From a bacterium (lineage in GTDB: Bacteria; NPL-UPA2; JAUVJM01): a stretch of 64,000 nucleotides of DNA. Position numbers and translations under genes: made by a program. The number at the start of each line of letters is the position of its first letter. The first letter of the stretch is position 1. Location of the stretch: contig JAUWGW010000007.1 in the NCBI GenBank assembly GCA_030606215.1, forward strand, positions 1,615 through 65,614, given 5' to 3'. Below, one piece after another: positions 39,811 through 49,013 of the stretch. The notes below the pieces were generated by a model. The model ran no database searches and was not told the DNA's origin. It saw nothing but the letters and a program-made list of their open reading frames with translations.

Positions 39811-40704
39811 TCAGGCAGAGCAGAATTTACAAATCGGCACTTTGTCAAACTCTCCTCTCAGGTGAAACTGTCTTATTTCTTTTAGACACTTCCCCTTCCA
39901 TACATCTGCGATTGTGTTCTCACAGACATTCCCTAAAACGATCTGGCCATCATAATCGACACAGCATAAGGCGACTTCACCGTTCCAGAGAATTGTCAGC
40001 TTTGACCATAGACGAAAACATGGTAGTTTCCTAACAGCAGGAGATTTTTTGAAGTTGCGTAGATTTCCCCAATTATGGACTTTTCCTATTGAAACATTAT
40101 CAACCCTTCTTCTCCAGTAATGAAGAAATTTATTTTTTGCCTTGGTATCACTACTAAGATCTAAGCAGGAAATTGAAACTTGCGGCTTTTTAAAATGTTT
40201 CTTTTGTCTCATTTCCATGAATTCATTTATGTTTCTTTGTACTTCATCAAAGCTTAACCCACGCCGTGTAGTTTCATACAGGTTCTTGTCAATTCCGTCA
40301 AAGCTAATTTTCAACTTATCAAGTCCACTATTCAGAATTCTTTCAGCCATATCACCGGTTAGCAAAGATCCGTTCGTAAATATCTTGACCTCTGCGATAC
40401 CGAGCCTTTTGGCATGTTTTATCCGATCTGGCAGGTCATCTACAAGGAGCGCCTCACCAAAATTATGGAGATGAACTGAGTGAACTTTGTGCTTTGCGCA
40501 TTCGTTAACCACTTTTTCAAACAGTTCCCAGCTCATAATTCCTATTTTTCGTGTCATCCTGTCTCTTGTGCACATTGTGCAGTTCGAGTTGCATGCATTA
40601 GTTGTTTCAATCTCAACAGTGCGAGGGAATTTCCATATAGCGCTTGCCACTCCACCTGAAACAGTAAAAAACGTTTTTTCTAATAGAGGAAACTTATTAT
40701 GCAT
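39811..40704 (-). CDS. Radical SAM protein with SPASM-like C-terminal domain (paralog of 26722-27741)
   Basis: CNSNCTMC (CxxxCxxC). C-terminal clusters (CCVDYDGQ.., CKFCSA). Collinear motif similarity to the 26722 ORF. Confidence 0.75.
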   Translation of the reverse strand: MHNKFPLLEKTFFTVSGGVASAIWKFPRTVEIETTNACNSNCTMCTRDRMTRKIGIMSWELFEKVVNECAKHKVHSVHLHNFGEALLVDDLPDRIKHAKRLGIAEVKIFTNGSLLTGDMAERILNSGLDKLKISFDGIDKNLYETTRRGLSFDEVQRNINEFMEMRQKKHFKKPQVSISCLDLSSDTKAKNKFLHYWRRRVDNVSIGKVHNWGNLRNFKKSPAVRKLPCFRLWSKLTILWNGEVALCCVDYDGQIVLGNVCENTIADVWKGKCLKEIRQFHLRGEFDKVPICKFCSA

Positions 40705-40722
40705 ATTGTATATGATTCCGCG

Positions 40723-41583
40723 TTATTTCCCAAGTACAAACAGCATTTTATTGCCAAATTTCGTTTTGTCATAAAGAAAAGTCAGTAAGGGGTTGGGACT
40801 TCGGCTTAGAGTAGTCCAATACAGGATTTGCAGTCCTGCTGATGCTGCAAGTCTTCTGAAAGTCGCAGAGTTAAATTCATACAGATGTTCAGGCATTGAA
40901 AAATGGCACCAGGGATGCTTTTTTAGACGGTATCTGCTCAAAAAATTCTTAACTCTAATATCTATCCCTGCAACATTTGGCAGTTCCACAAAGATATATC
41001 CGTTACTTTTTATGAGACGGTAGAGGTAACGGAGTGTTCCCAGTGGGTCTGGCATGTGCTCAAGAACATGCCACAGAGTAACAATGTCAAACTGTCCAGC
41101 ATGAAAATTCATTTCTTCCAGTTTGCCTGCTCTGACATCTATATGCAGGGTTTCCTGCGCCCACTTTATTGTTTTCTGCGATATATCTATGCCTGTGGCT
41201 GAGAAACCAAGCCCGGCTGCTTCCTGGACAAAGAAGCCTAACCCGCACCCGACATCAAGCAGATTGCCCGAGGATTTATATCGCTGGACATATTTTAACC
41301 TGCGCTGGATTTGAAAGTACTGGTTGGTTTTCTTAAAACGGGTGAAGTCAAACTGAGCAAGGTCAAATTCCTTATACCATGCGTAGTCAAGATCGTTGTT
41401 TAGTTTCTCATAATCTTCCGGTGCTGGCGCCGGGTGGCGATAGAGCAGACCACAGTTACGGCATTGCATAAGGTTATTTATTTCCTGCCTGGCTATTTGA
41501 ATTGTATCACTTACCTTGCAAAGCGGGCACCGCCCAATGAGCTGGGTCATATCAGTTTCCAGCGTTGATGGAGCCAGAACCAC
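40723..41583 (-). CDS. Class I SAM-dependent methyltransferase with N-terminal zinc-ribbon
   Basis: CPLC..CRNC N-terminal ribbon. LLDVGCGLGFF motif I. Confidence 0.7.
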   Translation of the reverse strand: MVLAPSTLETDMTQLIGRCPLCKVSDTIQIARQEINNLMQCRNCGLLYRHPAPAPEDYEKLNNDLDYAWYKEFDLAQFDFTRFKKTNQYFQIQRRLKYVQRYKSSGNLLDVGCGLGFFVQEAAGLGFSATGIDISQKTIKWAQETLHIDVRAGKLEEMNFHAGQFDIVTLWHVLEHMPDPLGTLRYLYRLIKSNGYIFVELPNVAGIDIRVKNFLSRYRLKKHPWCHFSMPEHLYEFNSATFRRLAASAGLQILYWTTLSRSPNPLLTFLYDKTKFGNKMLFVLGK

Positions 41584-42437
41584 TGTGCAGGGAAGCGCCT
41601 GACATAGCTCTCGATAATCCTGGTTAGCCTGGCTGTATTCATATATATGTCTTCTTCTCTGTTGCCTGTAGAGGAAAGTTCAAGTACGGGTTCAATTATC
41701 ACCGCATGCTTATCACCCGGCTCCCGCAGTGAAAACATCGGGACAATGCCTGCTCCCGTCCTCATGGCAAGAACTACAGGACCTGTTGCAGTTCCTGCAG
41801 GATGATTGAAGAAGTCTACGAATACACCTCCCCGAAGTTCTCGCTGGTCACCGAGCATACACACAATTTCATTCTGTCGCAAGCGCTTTAATAATTCAGT
41901 TGTCGCTTTTTTTCTTGGTAGAGCGGGGACGACACCTATGCCGAGATGTTCAAGACAGGAATGGAAAATTTCAGCAATCTGTTCAACTTCAGGGTCACGC
42001 ATAATGAAACTGAAAGGGTATCCCTCAGCCGCAAGTCTTGCCCCTAACAAACCGAAATTCCCTAAATGAGCGCTAAAACCGATGACACCTTTACCCTTCT
42101 TCAGAGCAGATTCAAGATTTTCTTTCCCTTCCAATCTTATAAGCTTTCTTATCTCGCGGCGAGAGAATCGGATAGAACTTGTTGCCTCACATAATCCCTT
42201 CCCGAGATTTATATAAGTCTCGCGGGCAATTGCTGCGAGTTCTGACTGATTCATCCTGTTACCGAATGCAAGTTTCAAGTTATCCAGTGTAATTTTATGA
42301 TACCTTCCGGAAAGGAAATACGCGAGCTGCCCCAAAGATTTACCGGAGAGCTGTACTCCTCTCCATGGTAGGAGACCTATAATTTTCATCACGGAATGCA
42401 TAGCAAGAATTGAGGCGAGACGGTCAATTTTTCTCAT
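41547..42437 (-). CDS. lpxL: Lipid A biosynthesis (Kdo2-lipid IVA) secondary acyltransferase, LpxL/HtrB family
   Basis: LPLAT-superfamily architecture and HtrB-like N-terminus. Sits next to lpxK. Confidence 0.7.
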   Translation of the reverse strand: MRKIDRLASILAMHSVMKIIGLLPWRGVQLSGKSLGQLAYFLSGRYHKITLDNLKLAFGNRMNQSELAAIARETYINLGKGLCEATSSIRFSRREIRKLIRLEGKENLESALKKGKGVIGFSAHLGNFGLLGARLAAEGYPFSFIMRDPEVEQIAEIFHSCLEHLGIGVVPALPRKKATTELLKRLRQNEIVCMLGDQRELRGGVFVDFFNHPAGTATGPVVLAMRTGAGIVPMFSLREPGDKHAVIIEPVLELSSTGNREEDIYMNTARLTRIIESYVRRFPAQWFWLHQRWKLI

Positions 42438-43504
42438 CGTTCACACTTCCATCTTTTAAGAATTTCTTTTCCACGAATAATTTTCAACTCAATAATAAGA
42501 GCGAGAATATTCCCATCGCAGATTCCTTCCAGCCGCATGGCGTCTTTCTGGGTGGTGATAATTGTTTCTACTCCTTTTTGCTGTGCGAGACGGCGGATTT
42601 TATCAATTTCCCTGAGTGAATATCTGTGATGGTCGAGGAAGCGAAAAGAATCCCGCACATTAGCTCCGAGCTCCTTTAATGTTTTCTCAAAAGATTGTGG
42701 ATTTCCAATGCTGGAGAGAGCAAAAATATCCTTACCTGTAAGAAAATTCAATTCAAGATGTTTCCCTGTTGCAATATCCTGGAGGCGCACAGGGGAATGT
42801 ATGCTCTCTATAATTGGAGCGGTTGGATTGATTGCTCTTAGTTCCTGCTTTAAGTTTTCAAGGTTGTTAGACTCGTCAGTATGTGTAAGCAGGAAAAGAT
42901 TTGCCCGCTTCAGTTTGTTCTTTGGTTCCCTGAGAGTCCCTCTCGGTAGAAGATGACCATTCCCGAAAGGGCAGATTGCATTGATAACTGCTATATTTAG
43001 GTCTCTCTTCAAAGCTAAATATTGATACCCATCATCAAGAATAATCGCATCACAACCGTACTTATTTATAGCGAGGTTTCCTGTGAGAAAACGGTTTTTC
43101 CCAACGAGCACAGCTACTCCTGGCAGATTCTTTGCGAGTAACTGTGGTTCATCTCCTCCTTCTTCACTCCCGAGCAGAATTGTCTTACCATCCGAAACAA
43201 CGCCGAAACTGGCCGTCCTTTTTGTAGGTTTTCTCCTGTAACCTCTGCTCAGGATAGCTACCCTGCACCCCCGGGTTGTAAGTATCTTAGCGAGCATTTC
43301 TACCGCAGGAGTTTTTCCTGTTCCTCCAAGCACAATATTGCCTACACTTATCACAGGGCGCTGTAATCCTTTTTTTCTCCTCGTGAAATGCCGTACAGTA
43401 ATAGCGAAAAGGTAGATTTTTGAGAGGGCCCATAGTGATATGTGAAAAATTCGGTTTTCACTTATGCGCAACAGAAACTGTGAAGATTTCTCACAAATAT
43501 TCAT
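42434..43504 (-). CDS. lpxK: Tetraacyldisaccharide 4'-kinase
   Basis: P-loop VISVGNIVLGGTGKTP characteristic of LpxK. Confidence 0.85.
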   Translation of the reverse strand: MNICEKSSQFLLRISENRIFHISLWALSKIYLFAITVRHFTRRKKGLQRPVISVGNIVLGGTGKTPAVEMLAKILTTRGCRVAILSRGYRRKPTKRTASFGVVSDGKTILLGSEEGGDEPQLLAKNLPGVAVLVGKNRFLTGNLAINKYGCDAIILDDGYQYLALKRDLNIAVINAICPFGNGHLLPRGTLREPKNKLKRANLFLLTHTDESNNLENLKQELRAINPTAPIIESIHSPVRLQDIATGKHLELNFLTGKDIFALSSIGNPQSFEKTLKELGANVRDSFRFLDHHRYSLREIDKIRRLAQQKGVETIITTQKDAMRLEGICDGNILALIIELKIIRGKEILKRWKCER

Positions 43505-43508
43505 TTAT

Positions 43509-44318
43509 CTACATTGTGATAATTTCAGGTTCTCCATCTGTAACAATAATTGTATGCTCAAAATGTGCTGATGGTTGTCCGTCGCGGGTAACCGCCGTCC
43601 AGTTATCCTCTTGGACTTCAACTTCAAAAGTCCCCATATTGACCATCGGTTCAATAGCGAGAACCATACCAGGTTTCAGCCTTGGCCCTTGCTTTGGCTT
43701 ACCAAAATTTGGAATCTGTGGTTCTTCATGGAGGTTGCTTCCGATACCATGTCCAACAAAGTCGCGTACCACTGAGAATCCATTCTTTTCCACATGGGAT
43801 TGGACGGCATGTGATATATCTGATAGTCTATTACCTGCCCTGACTTTTTCTATACCTTTGAATAGAGCTTCCCTGGTAACTCTTAGTAGTTTATGAATAT
43901 CTGAGCTTATTTCTCCGACAGCTACTGTGATTGCTGAGTCACCAAAGAAACCTTTATACTCAACGCCAATATCCACGCTTATAATATCTCCTTCTTTTAC
44001 AACTCTGAATCCAGGGATTCCATGAACAATTTCTTCATTGATAGACGCGCAGATTGTTGCTGGAAAACCTTTATACCCCTTAAAAGCTGGAGTTCCTCCT
44101 CTTTTCCTGATCATTTCCTCTGCAATTTTGTCAAGTTCCGCAGTCGTTACACCCGGCTTTATAAGTTTTGTTAGTTTCTTAAGAACTTCAGCTACAATTC
44201 TGCTACTGGCACGTATTAACTTAAGTTCTTCCTCAGAATGGATGATAATCATGGTTAAAAGAGGATTTCGATTGCTTTGTAGGGACATGCTCTGACACAA
44301 AGCCCGCAGGCAATGCAT
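43509..44318 (-). CDS. map: Methionine aminopeptidase, type I
   Basis: Pita-bread fold motifs (..DIGVEYKGFFGD.., HGIGSNLHEEP). Confidence 0.9.
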   Translation of the reverse strand: MHCLRALCQSMSLQSNRNPLLTMIIIHSEEELKLIRASSRIVAEVLKKLTKLIKPGVTTAELDKIAEEMIRKRGGTPAFKGYKGFPATICASINEEIVHGIPGFRVVKEGDIISVDIGVEYKGFFGDSAITVAVGEISSDIHKLLRVTREALFKGIEKVRAGNRLSDISHAVQSHVEKNGFSVVRDFVGHGIGSNLHEEPQIPNFGKPKQGPRLKPGMVLAIEPMVNMGTFEVEVQEDNWTAVTRDGQPSAHFEHTIIVTDGEPEIITM

Positions 44319-44662
44319 CGCTCTTTCTCAAAGGAGATAAGATGTTTTTCTCTGTCAAGTACGAAAGCGCCTGCAGGGCAGAGCGGGATACAAGCTGTGC
44401 AGTGTATACATTTATCCTGGTGCCAGAGGACATCTTGTGCAAGAGGTTGCATTCCAACCCCGAGTTGAGAGAGGTAGTTGAGACCTTTTTCTAAAGCTTT
44501 TCTCTCCCCGCTTATCTCCACCACAAGTCTTCCTTCCTCACGCGGGGTTACTGTAGCCTGAAGTATATTAATCATCAAATCATAATCTCTTATCAACTGG
44601 TATGTTATAGGTTGTTCTACTAACTCTGGAGGAAAACGCAGGACAAGTCTTTTTTTCGTCAT
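44255..44662 (-). CDS. NIL-domain 4Fe-4S ferredoxin (MA1822-like homocysteine-synthesis partner)
   Basis: N-terminal NIL-like domain followed by two CxxCxxCxxxCP motifs. Confidence 0.75.
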   Translation of the reverse strand: MTKKRLVLRFPPELVEQPITYQLIRDYDLMINILQATVTPREEGRLVVEISGERKALEKGLNYLSQLGVGMQPLAQDVLWHQDKCIHCTACIPLCPAGAFVLDREKHLISFEKERCIACGLCVRACPYKAIEILF

Positions 44663-45819
44663 CGTTCTGCCCCCGGGAGAAATGCAACAGGTTCACTCAG
44701 CAAGAATTCTCCCTTTTCTATCCATTGTTTCAGAATATCTGCGATATCCCTTGCCCGCGCATAACTTGAAAGTCCGCCGGCAGGGATTTCCTTCCCTTCA
44801 ATAGTTATTTTCCCTTCCCTGAGCTCGTGATAATTCACTGTGCCAAGGATTTTGTCTTTGCCCTGCGGATAATCTTTGCTATAGTCTACAACCTGTGCAT
44901 GAATATCCTCATCACTCACAGCAGTATACTCAGCCATTTTTTCATCAAGAATTGGTATTGCTACTCCTATACCTAAAGTCAATGTTACTCCATAGCCTGT
45001 AAAACTTGCGCCGCGTATCCATTCAAGCGACATTTCTTTAAGATTCCCCGTAACTGCGAGCGTCCCTGCTGGAGCCCGGGGGAGACCATTTTTGTCACGG
45101 GGAACGTCCGGATTGTGTTGAGTTCCTGCTCCCCAGACATAACCCTGCGCTCCACCAAGGAATATTCGTGTTCCAACACCGATGGTTCTGTAGAGAGGGT
45201 CATTCAAAAGAGGGCTTAATTGACCGGCGCTACAGTAATTGGCATTTCCCATACGAGGTTGAAGAATTCCCATATATGTGTAAATCACTCTATCTGATTT
45301 GTTGACAGCTACATTATAGTTCTGATAAGCATTTCTGGGATTTGTAAGAATTGCCTGCGGAATGTCCCGTATCGTGATAGTTTTTTCAATTTCGCGGTTT
45401 GGATAACAGTTAGTGCCGTAGGCGAGACCTTTCAGCTTCACAGGTCTACCTGCAACAAGGTCTTCAATTACATGACCTCCGCCGTAGCGAAATTCGCCGG
45501 GGAAAACTTTGTTCTCAGGGTCATCTTCAGAAAGTTCTGTCGCTCCGAGGTAGACATCTACAGCTGCCAGTCCTGTATACGCCGGGACATTGTTCAGCCA
45601 CACTTTGCGAAATTTGATTCTCGGTTTTGAGTGCCCGAGGTTCAGAAAAACACCTGAGGAACACATCGGACCAAAAGTCCCGGTTGTAACAACATCCACT
45701 TCCCGAGAAGCTTTTTTTACACCTTTAGTCTTTACAATTTCAATCATCTCTTCGGCAGTTACAACTACAACCTCACCCATGGCTATTTTCTGATTAATTT
45801 GTGAATATGTCTTTGGCAT
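44659..45819 (-). CDS. DUF39/COG1900 homocysteine biosynthesis protein (MA1821-like, no CBS domains)
   Basis: 386 aa. N-terminal region matches the DUF39 family (..VDVVTTGTFGPMCSSG..). Translationally coupled to the NIL-ferredoxin gene. Confidence 0.7.
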   Translation of the reverse strand: MPKTYSQINQKIAMGEVVVVTAEEMIEIVKTKGVKKASREVDVVTTGTFGPMCSSGVFLNLGHSKPRIKFRKVWLNNVPAYTGLAAVDVYLGATELSEDDPENKVFPGEFRYGGGHVIEDLVAGRPVKLKGLAYGTNCYPNREIEKTITIRDIPQAILTNPRNAYQNYNVAVNKSDRVIYTYMGILQPRMGNANYCSAGQLSPLLNDPLYRTIGVGTRIFLGGAQGYVWGAGTQHNPDVPRDKNGLPRAPAGTLAVTGNLKEMSLEWIRGASFTGYGVTLTLGIGVAIPILDEKMAEYTAVSDEDIHAQVVDYSKDYPQGKDKILGTVNYHELREGKITIEGKEIPAGGLSSYARARDIADILKQWIEKGEFLLSEPVAFLPGAER

Positions 45820-46584
45820 TTAGCGCTCCTTCAGTCTTATCTTTCCCCATATTCCAAGTTTATCCCCGAAAATGATGACAACACCTCTCACACCATTTAT
45901 TGAGCGGGCAAAATCTACGGCTTTTTCAATGTCAGAATGGCTCTTCACAAGATTGCAGGTAGCGGTTGCTGCAGCATCAGCAAGGATTGCTGAAGGAGAA
46001 TAAATTACTACTGCGTCAGCGTTGCCAAAACTTAAAGAATGACCAACTGTTCCAGAAGAAGTGCATATGCCCAGAGGAGTCTCATCAGGTTCTATTTCCA
46101 GAGCTATCTGTTGGGTGAATATTGAATCTCCTGCATATATTGCTACAACCCTCCTGCAGTGAGATTTAAGGAAAATGTCTCCACCGTTTTCCACAATAAT
46201 TTCACTGGATTCAGAAAGTAAATTTTCACCTACATATTGTGCAATTGCTCCTGCGACAGTTGCCATCGGACCAACACCCGCTTTACATGATTCAGAAATC
46301 ATATCCTTAATAATGCGAGGAGCTCCTTCCTCGATATCTACCGGAGACAGACTCTTCAAAAATTCCCCCCTCTTTCTTATATAGCTTTCAATCTCCTGTC
46401 TATAGCGTATGACAGATGTAAGTGCCTGTTTCTTTAAATTTTCGAAGTTTTGTGGGAGACATCCCCGCCTCGCCGGCGGGCGGGTCCTGATGTCGAGTGA
46501 AATCAGGAGGTCAGTTTCTTTTTCACATATGGTGAAAGTTCCCAATCCCCCTGTCCCAACCCAGCTTCTATAAGTCTTATTCAT
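45820..46584 (-). CDS. UPF0280/COG2122 (ApbE-superfamily-like) protein
   Basis: Gly/Ala-rich ApbE-like core (GPMATVAGAIAQ.., GICTSSGTVGHS). Abuts the DUF39 gene. Confidence 0.5.
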   Translation of the reverse strand: MNKTYRSWVGTGGLGTFTICEKETDLLISLDIRTRPPARRGCLPQNFENLKKQALTSVIRYRQEIESYIRKRGEFLKSLSPVDIEEGAPRIIKDMISESCKAGVGPMATVAGAIAQYVGENLLSESSEIIVENGGDIFLKSHCRRVVAIYAGDSIFTQQIALEIEPDETPLGICTSSGTVGHSLSFGNADAVVIYSPSAILADAAATATCNLVKSHSDIEKAVDFARSINGVRGVVIIFGDKLGIWGKIRLKER

Positions 46585-46627
46585 CCTTAACGATAATGGT
46601 ATGTCAAAGTTGAGAGTTAGTCAATAG
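46558..46627. repeat. Copy A of a ~70 bp imperfect direct repeat: first 8 codons plus upstream promoter region of the COG2122 gene
   Basis: ~85% identical to 49298-49366 by manual alignment. Confidence 0.6.
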
Positions 46628-46717
46628 AAAAGGCGGTGATTGTGGATAGTTATGGATAATTAAAAGGAGCAACAAACAATTGACACCATACTCCCAAAGC
46701 GGTATTATTGAGCAGAG

Positions 46718-46945
46718 ATGAAATGTAGTATTGAAGGATGCCCAGGTGAGTACGAGGGACGAAAGATTGTACATACTGTGCGGTTTCAAGGAAAGGTGGT
46801 TGTTATTGACCATGTCCCAGCAAAAGTCTGCTCAGTATGTGGGGATACACTGCTGAATCTAAAAACTACGCAGCGAATCGAGGGGATGTTACAGAAAACA
46901 ACCAAGCCGGAGGCAGAAGTTCCACTCTACGAATATGCTAAATAG
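46718..46945 (+). CDS. YgiT-type (MqsA N-terminal-like) zinc-ribbon protein, solo
   Basis: CPxC...CxxCG pattern with ..VVIDHVPAKVCSVCGDTLL.. reminiscent of the MqsA N-terminal zinc finger. No HTH domain. Confidence 0.5.
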   Translation: MKCSIEGCPGEYEGRKIVHTVRFQGKVVVIDHVPAKVCSVCGDTLLNLKTTQRIEGMLQKTTKPEAEVPLYEYAK

Positions 46946-47080
46946 GGATGACCTTGGCCATTTCGCCTTTTTGGGCTCCAGAAGCGAAGTTTTTGGCTAG
47001 AATAAGCCATGGCAAACTCAGAGCAAAATTTGACGATTCAAAGAATTTCTTTAAGTAGATGGTTGGAGGGGCAGAGCGTC

Positions 47081-47413
47081 ATGAAAACACGCGGTTTTCT
47101 AATTATTGTTTGTTTCGTTTTTCTCTTGGCCTCCTGCGGACCGAAGCCGGAAAAAACTATAATCGGTAAATGGGAGAGAATAGGAGATTCCAAGACTATC
47201 GAGTTCTTTAAAGATGGCACCGTAAGCATTGTTAAAGGGGAAATGTGTGCGGGTGGAGACTACAAGTTCATTAGTGCCAAGCGAATAAGGCTTGAGTTGG
47301 GTGGTGTATGGGCGTTGATTGGCCCTATCATCTACAACGTCTCTATCGTCCAAGACAAACTCATTTTGACCACTGCTGACGGGGAGTCTTCTGAATATCA
47401 AAAAGTCAAATGA
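47081..47413 (+). CDS. Small lipoprotein (signal peptide with lipobox LLASC)
   Basis: MKTRGFLIIVCFVFLLASCGP N-terminus. The ORF-track start at 47009 is probably too far upstream. Confidence 0.5.
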   Translation: MKTRGFLIIVCFVFLLASCGPKPEKTIIGKWERIGDSKTIEFFKDGTVSIVKGEMCAGGDYKFISAKRIRLELGGVWALIGPIIYNVSIVQDKLILTTADGESSEYQKVK

Positions 47414-47853
47414 ACCTATTTAAGAATTTACTTTCCGAGCTCGAAGGCAAGCTCAAAAATCACGGCTCATTTATCCTTCTTCCTGGGGAATCTATTAATG
47501 ACATCGTTAATCGGTTCGGTGTTTCTTCTGAACCTGGAGTTTATATAATCTACGGTTGTGCTTCTAAGAAAGAGAAAGTTATTTATATCGGTAGTAGTGG
47601 ACGTATAAAACAAGACGGGTCATTTGGGAAACAAACACTCAAAAAGCGTCTTACAATGAAGCAATGCGGAGAATATCGAAGAAAATTCTTCGGAAACATT
47701 CTTGCAAAGGGGAAATATTCCAAACTTCTTTTTAAGTGGTTCATTACTTTCGATTCATGCAATAAATTGCTCCCAGCTAACATTGAAGGCGATTTAATGC
47801 AAGCTTATTATGATGATTTTAAATGTCTTCCGGAATACAACAAATCATATTGA
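47410..47853 (+). CDS. GIY-YIG-domain protein (putative small nuclease)
   Basis: PGVYIIYG..(9 aa)..VIYIGSSGRI matches the GIY/YIG spacing. Start overlaps the lipoprotein stop (ATGA). Confidence 0.4.
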   Translation: MNLFKNLLSELEGKLKNHGSFILLPGESINDIVNRFGVSSEPGVYIIYGCASKKEKVIYIGSSGRIKQDGSFGKQTLKKRLTMKQCGEYRRKFFGNILAKGKYSKLLFKWFITFDSCNKLLPANIEGDLMQAYYDDFKCLPEYNKSY

Positions 47854-47939
47854 GTAAAGTTTATTGGCCTAACTGGCCCACCCAACATCCTGTGAAAAAG
47901 AGCTTGTGGCGCAACTTATAAAAATTTCTCATTTTATCC

Positions 47940-47967
47940 TTGACAAAAACGCTGTGCGGTGTATAAT
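47940..47967 (+). promoter_or_regulatory. Sigma70-type promoter TTGACA-16-TATAAT with tandem TGTATAA repeats (47960-47966 and 47974-47980) upstream of vapB
   Basis: Read directly from the sequence. RBS AGGAGGTGA follows at 47981-47989. Confidence 0.5.
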
Positions 47968-47994
47968 GTAGGATGTATAAAGGAGGTGAGAACC

Positions 47995-48252
47995 ATGGGT
48001 AATTTACATCGGACTCAAATCTACATTGAGGAAGATCAAATGCACCAGCTCAAACTTGAAGCAGAGAGAGAACACCTCGCTGTGTCTAAATTAATCCGCC
48101 ATGCGATCGACCGGCTCTTAAAAACAAGGGCCAACAATATTGACTGGGACAGGGACCCTCTCACCAAAGCCATTGGCAAGATTAAACTCACGGTAACTAA
48201 CGCCGCTGTGGATCACGACCACTATTTATACGGGCGGAGAAAAAGGAGATGA
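47995..48252 (+). CDS. vapB: VapB-type antitoxin (RHH/CopG-like)
   Basis: Small protein with N-terminal ..TQIYIEEDQ..L..LIRHAIDRLL consistent with a ribbon-helix-helix. Directly upstream of the PIN toxin. Confidence 0.5.
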   Translation: MGNLHRTQIYIEEDQMHQLKLEAEREHLAVSKLIRHAIDRLLKTRANNIDWDRDPLTKAIGKIKLTVTNAAVDHDHYLYGRRKRR

Positions 48253-48255
48253 TTT

Positions 48256-48663
48256 ATGGAAAAGGTATTTGTAGACACCAGTGGTTGGGTAGCCCTCTTT
48301 GTAGCAAATGATAAAGATCATAAAAAGGCAGCTCCCATTTTTGATGACCTTAAGCGGTTAAAGGTGCTCATTTATACCTCGGACTATGTCATTGATGAAA
48401 CCATTACAACCATTTTGGCAAGAGGAAACCACAAACAATCTGTCTTTGCAGGCAAAGTTCTCCTCACAAGTGAAATCATCAAGATAGTGCATATTTTCCC
48501 AGACTATTTTCAAAGTGCCTGGAAACTTTACCAAAAGTACAAGGATAAAAATTTTAGTTTCACAGATGTTACCTCCTTCACAGTAATGAAGGATCTCAAT
48601 ATCAACAGGGCTTTTGCTTTCGATAGAGAATTTATACAGGCGGGAATCGAACTGATAGGATAA
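48256..48663 (+). CDS. vapC: PIN-domain toxin
   Basis: VFVDTSGWVALF N-terminal acidic motif. Conserved downstream acidic residues (..DETIT.., ..FTDVTSF..). Confidence 0.85.
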   Translation: MEKVFVDTSGWVALFVANDKDHKKAAPIFDDLKRLKVLIYTSDYVIDETITTILARGNHKQSVFAGKVLLTSEIIKIVHIFPDYFQSAWKLYQKYKDKNFSFTDVTSFTVMKDLNINRAFAFDREFIQAGIELIG

Positions 48664-48668
48664 TCTCT

Positions 48669-49013
48669 ATGAGCTTTTGGAACTATTTTGTCGGAGAAGC
48701 ATACTGTCTCTACGACGCTTGCAAGGATAAAAAGATAAAAGTCTGTACGGCTAATTCTCTGAAAGAATTTTTCAAAGATCTGAAAAAGACCAAACGCATT
48801 AAGTGGCAAATAATAAAGAATCCTTCCTACATAAACAGTAAACCTTTTTGCAAGAGCCCTGGCAGGATGACATGGAAGAAATTTTCGAAATGTATTGGGG
48901 AGGGGCACCAGAAACGCTGCCCATTTTTGGGATATGTATTAGCAGATAAAGAAGAATTTATTGCTGCAGTAAAGGCAATAGAAAATAGCCCAAGAGAAAA
49001 AAAGACCCGATAA
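48669..49013 (+). CDS. Hypothetical Cys-rich small protein
   Basis: ORF only. Six Cys, no recognisable domain. Confidence 0.3.
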   Translation: MSFWNYFVGEAYCLYDACKDKKIKVCTANSLKEFFKDLKKTKRIKWQIIKNPSYINSKPFCKSPGRMTWKKFSKCIGEGHQKRCPFLGYVLADKEEFIAAVKAIENSPREKKTR

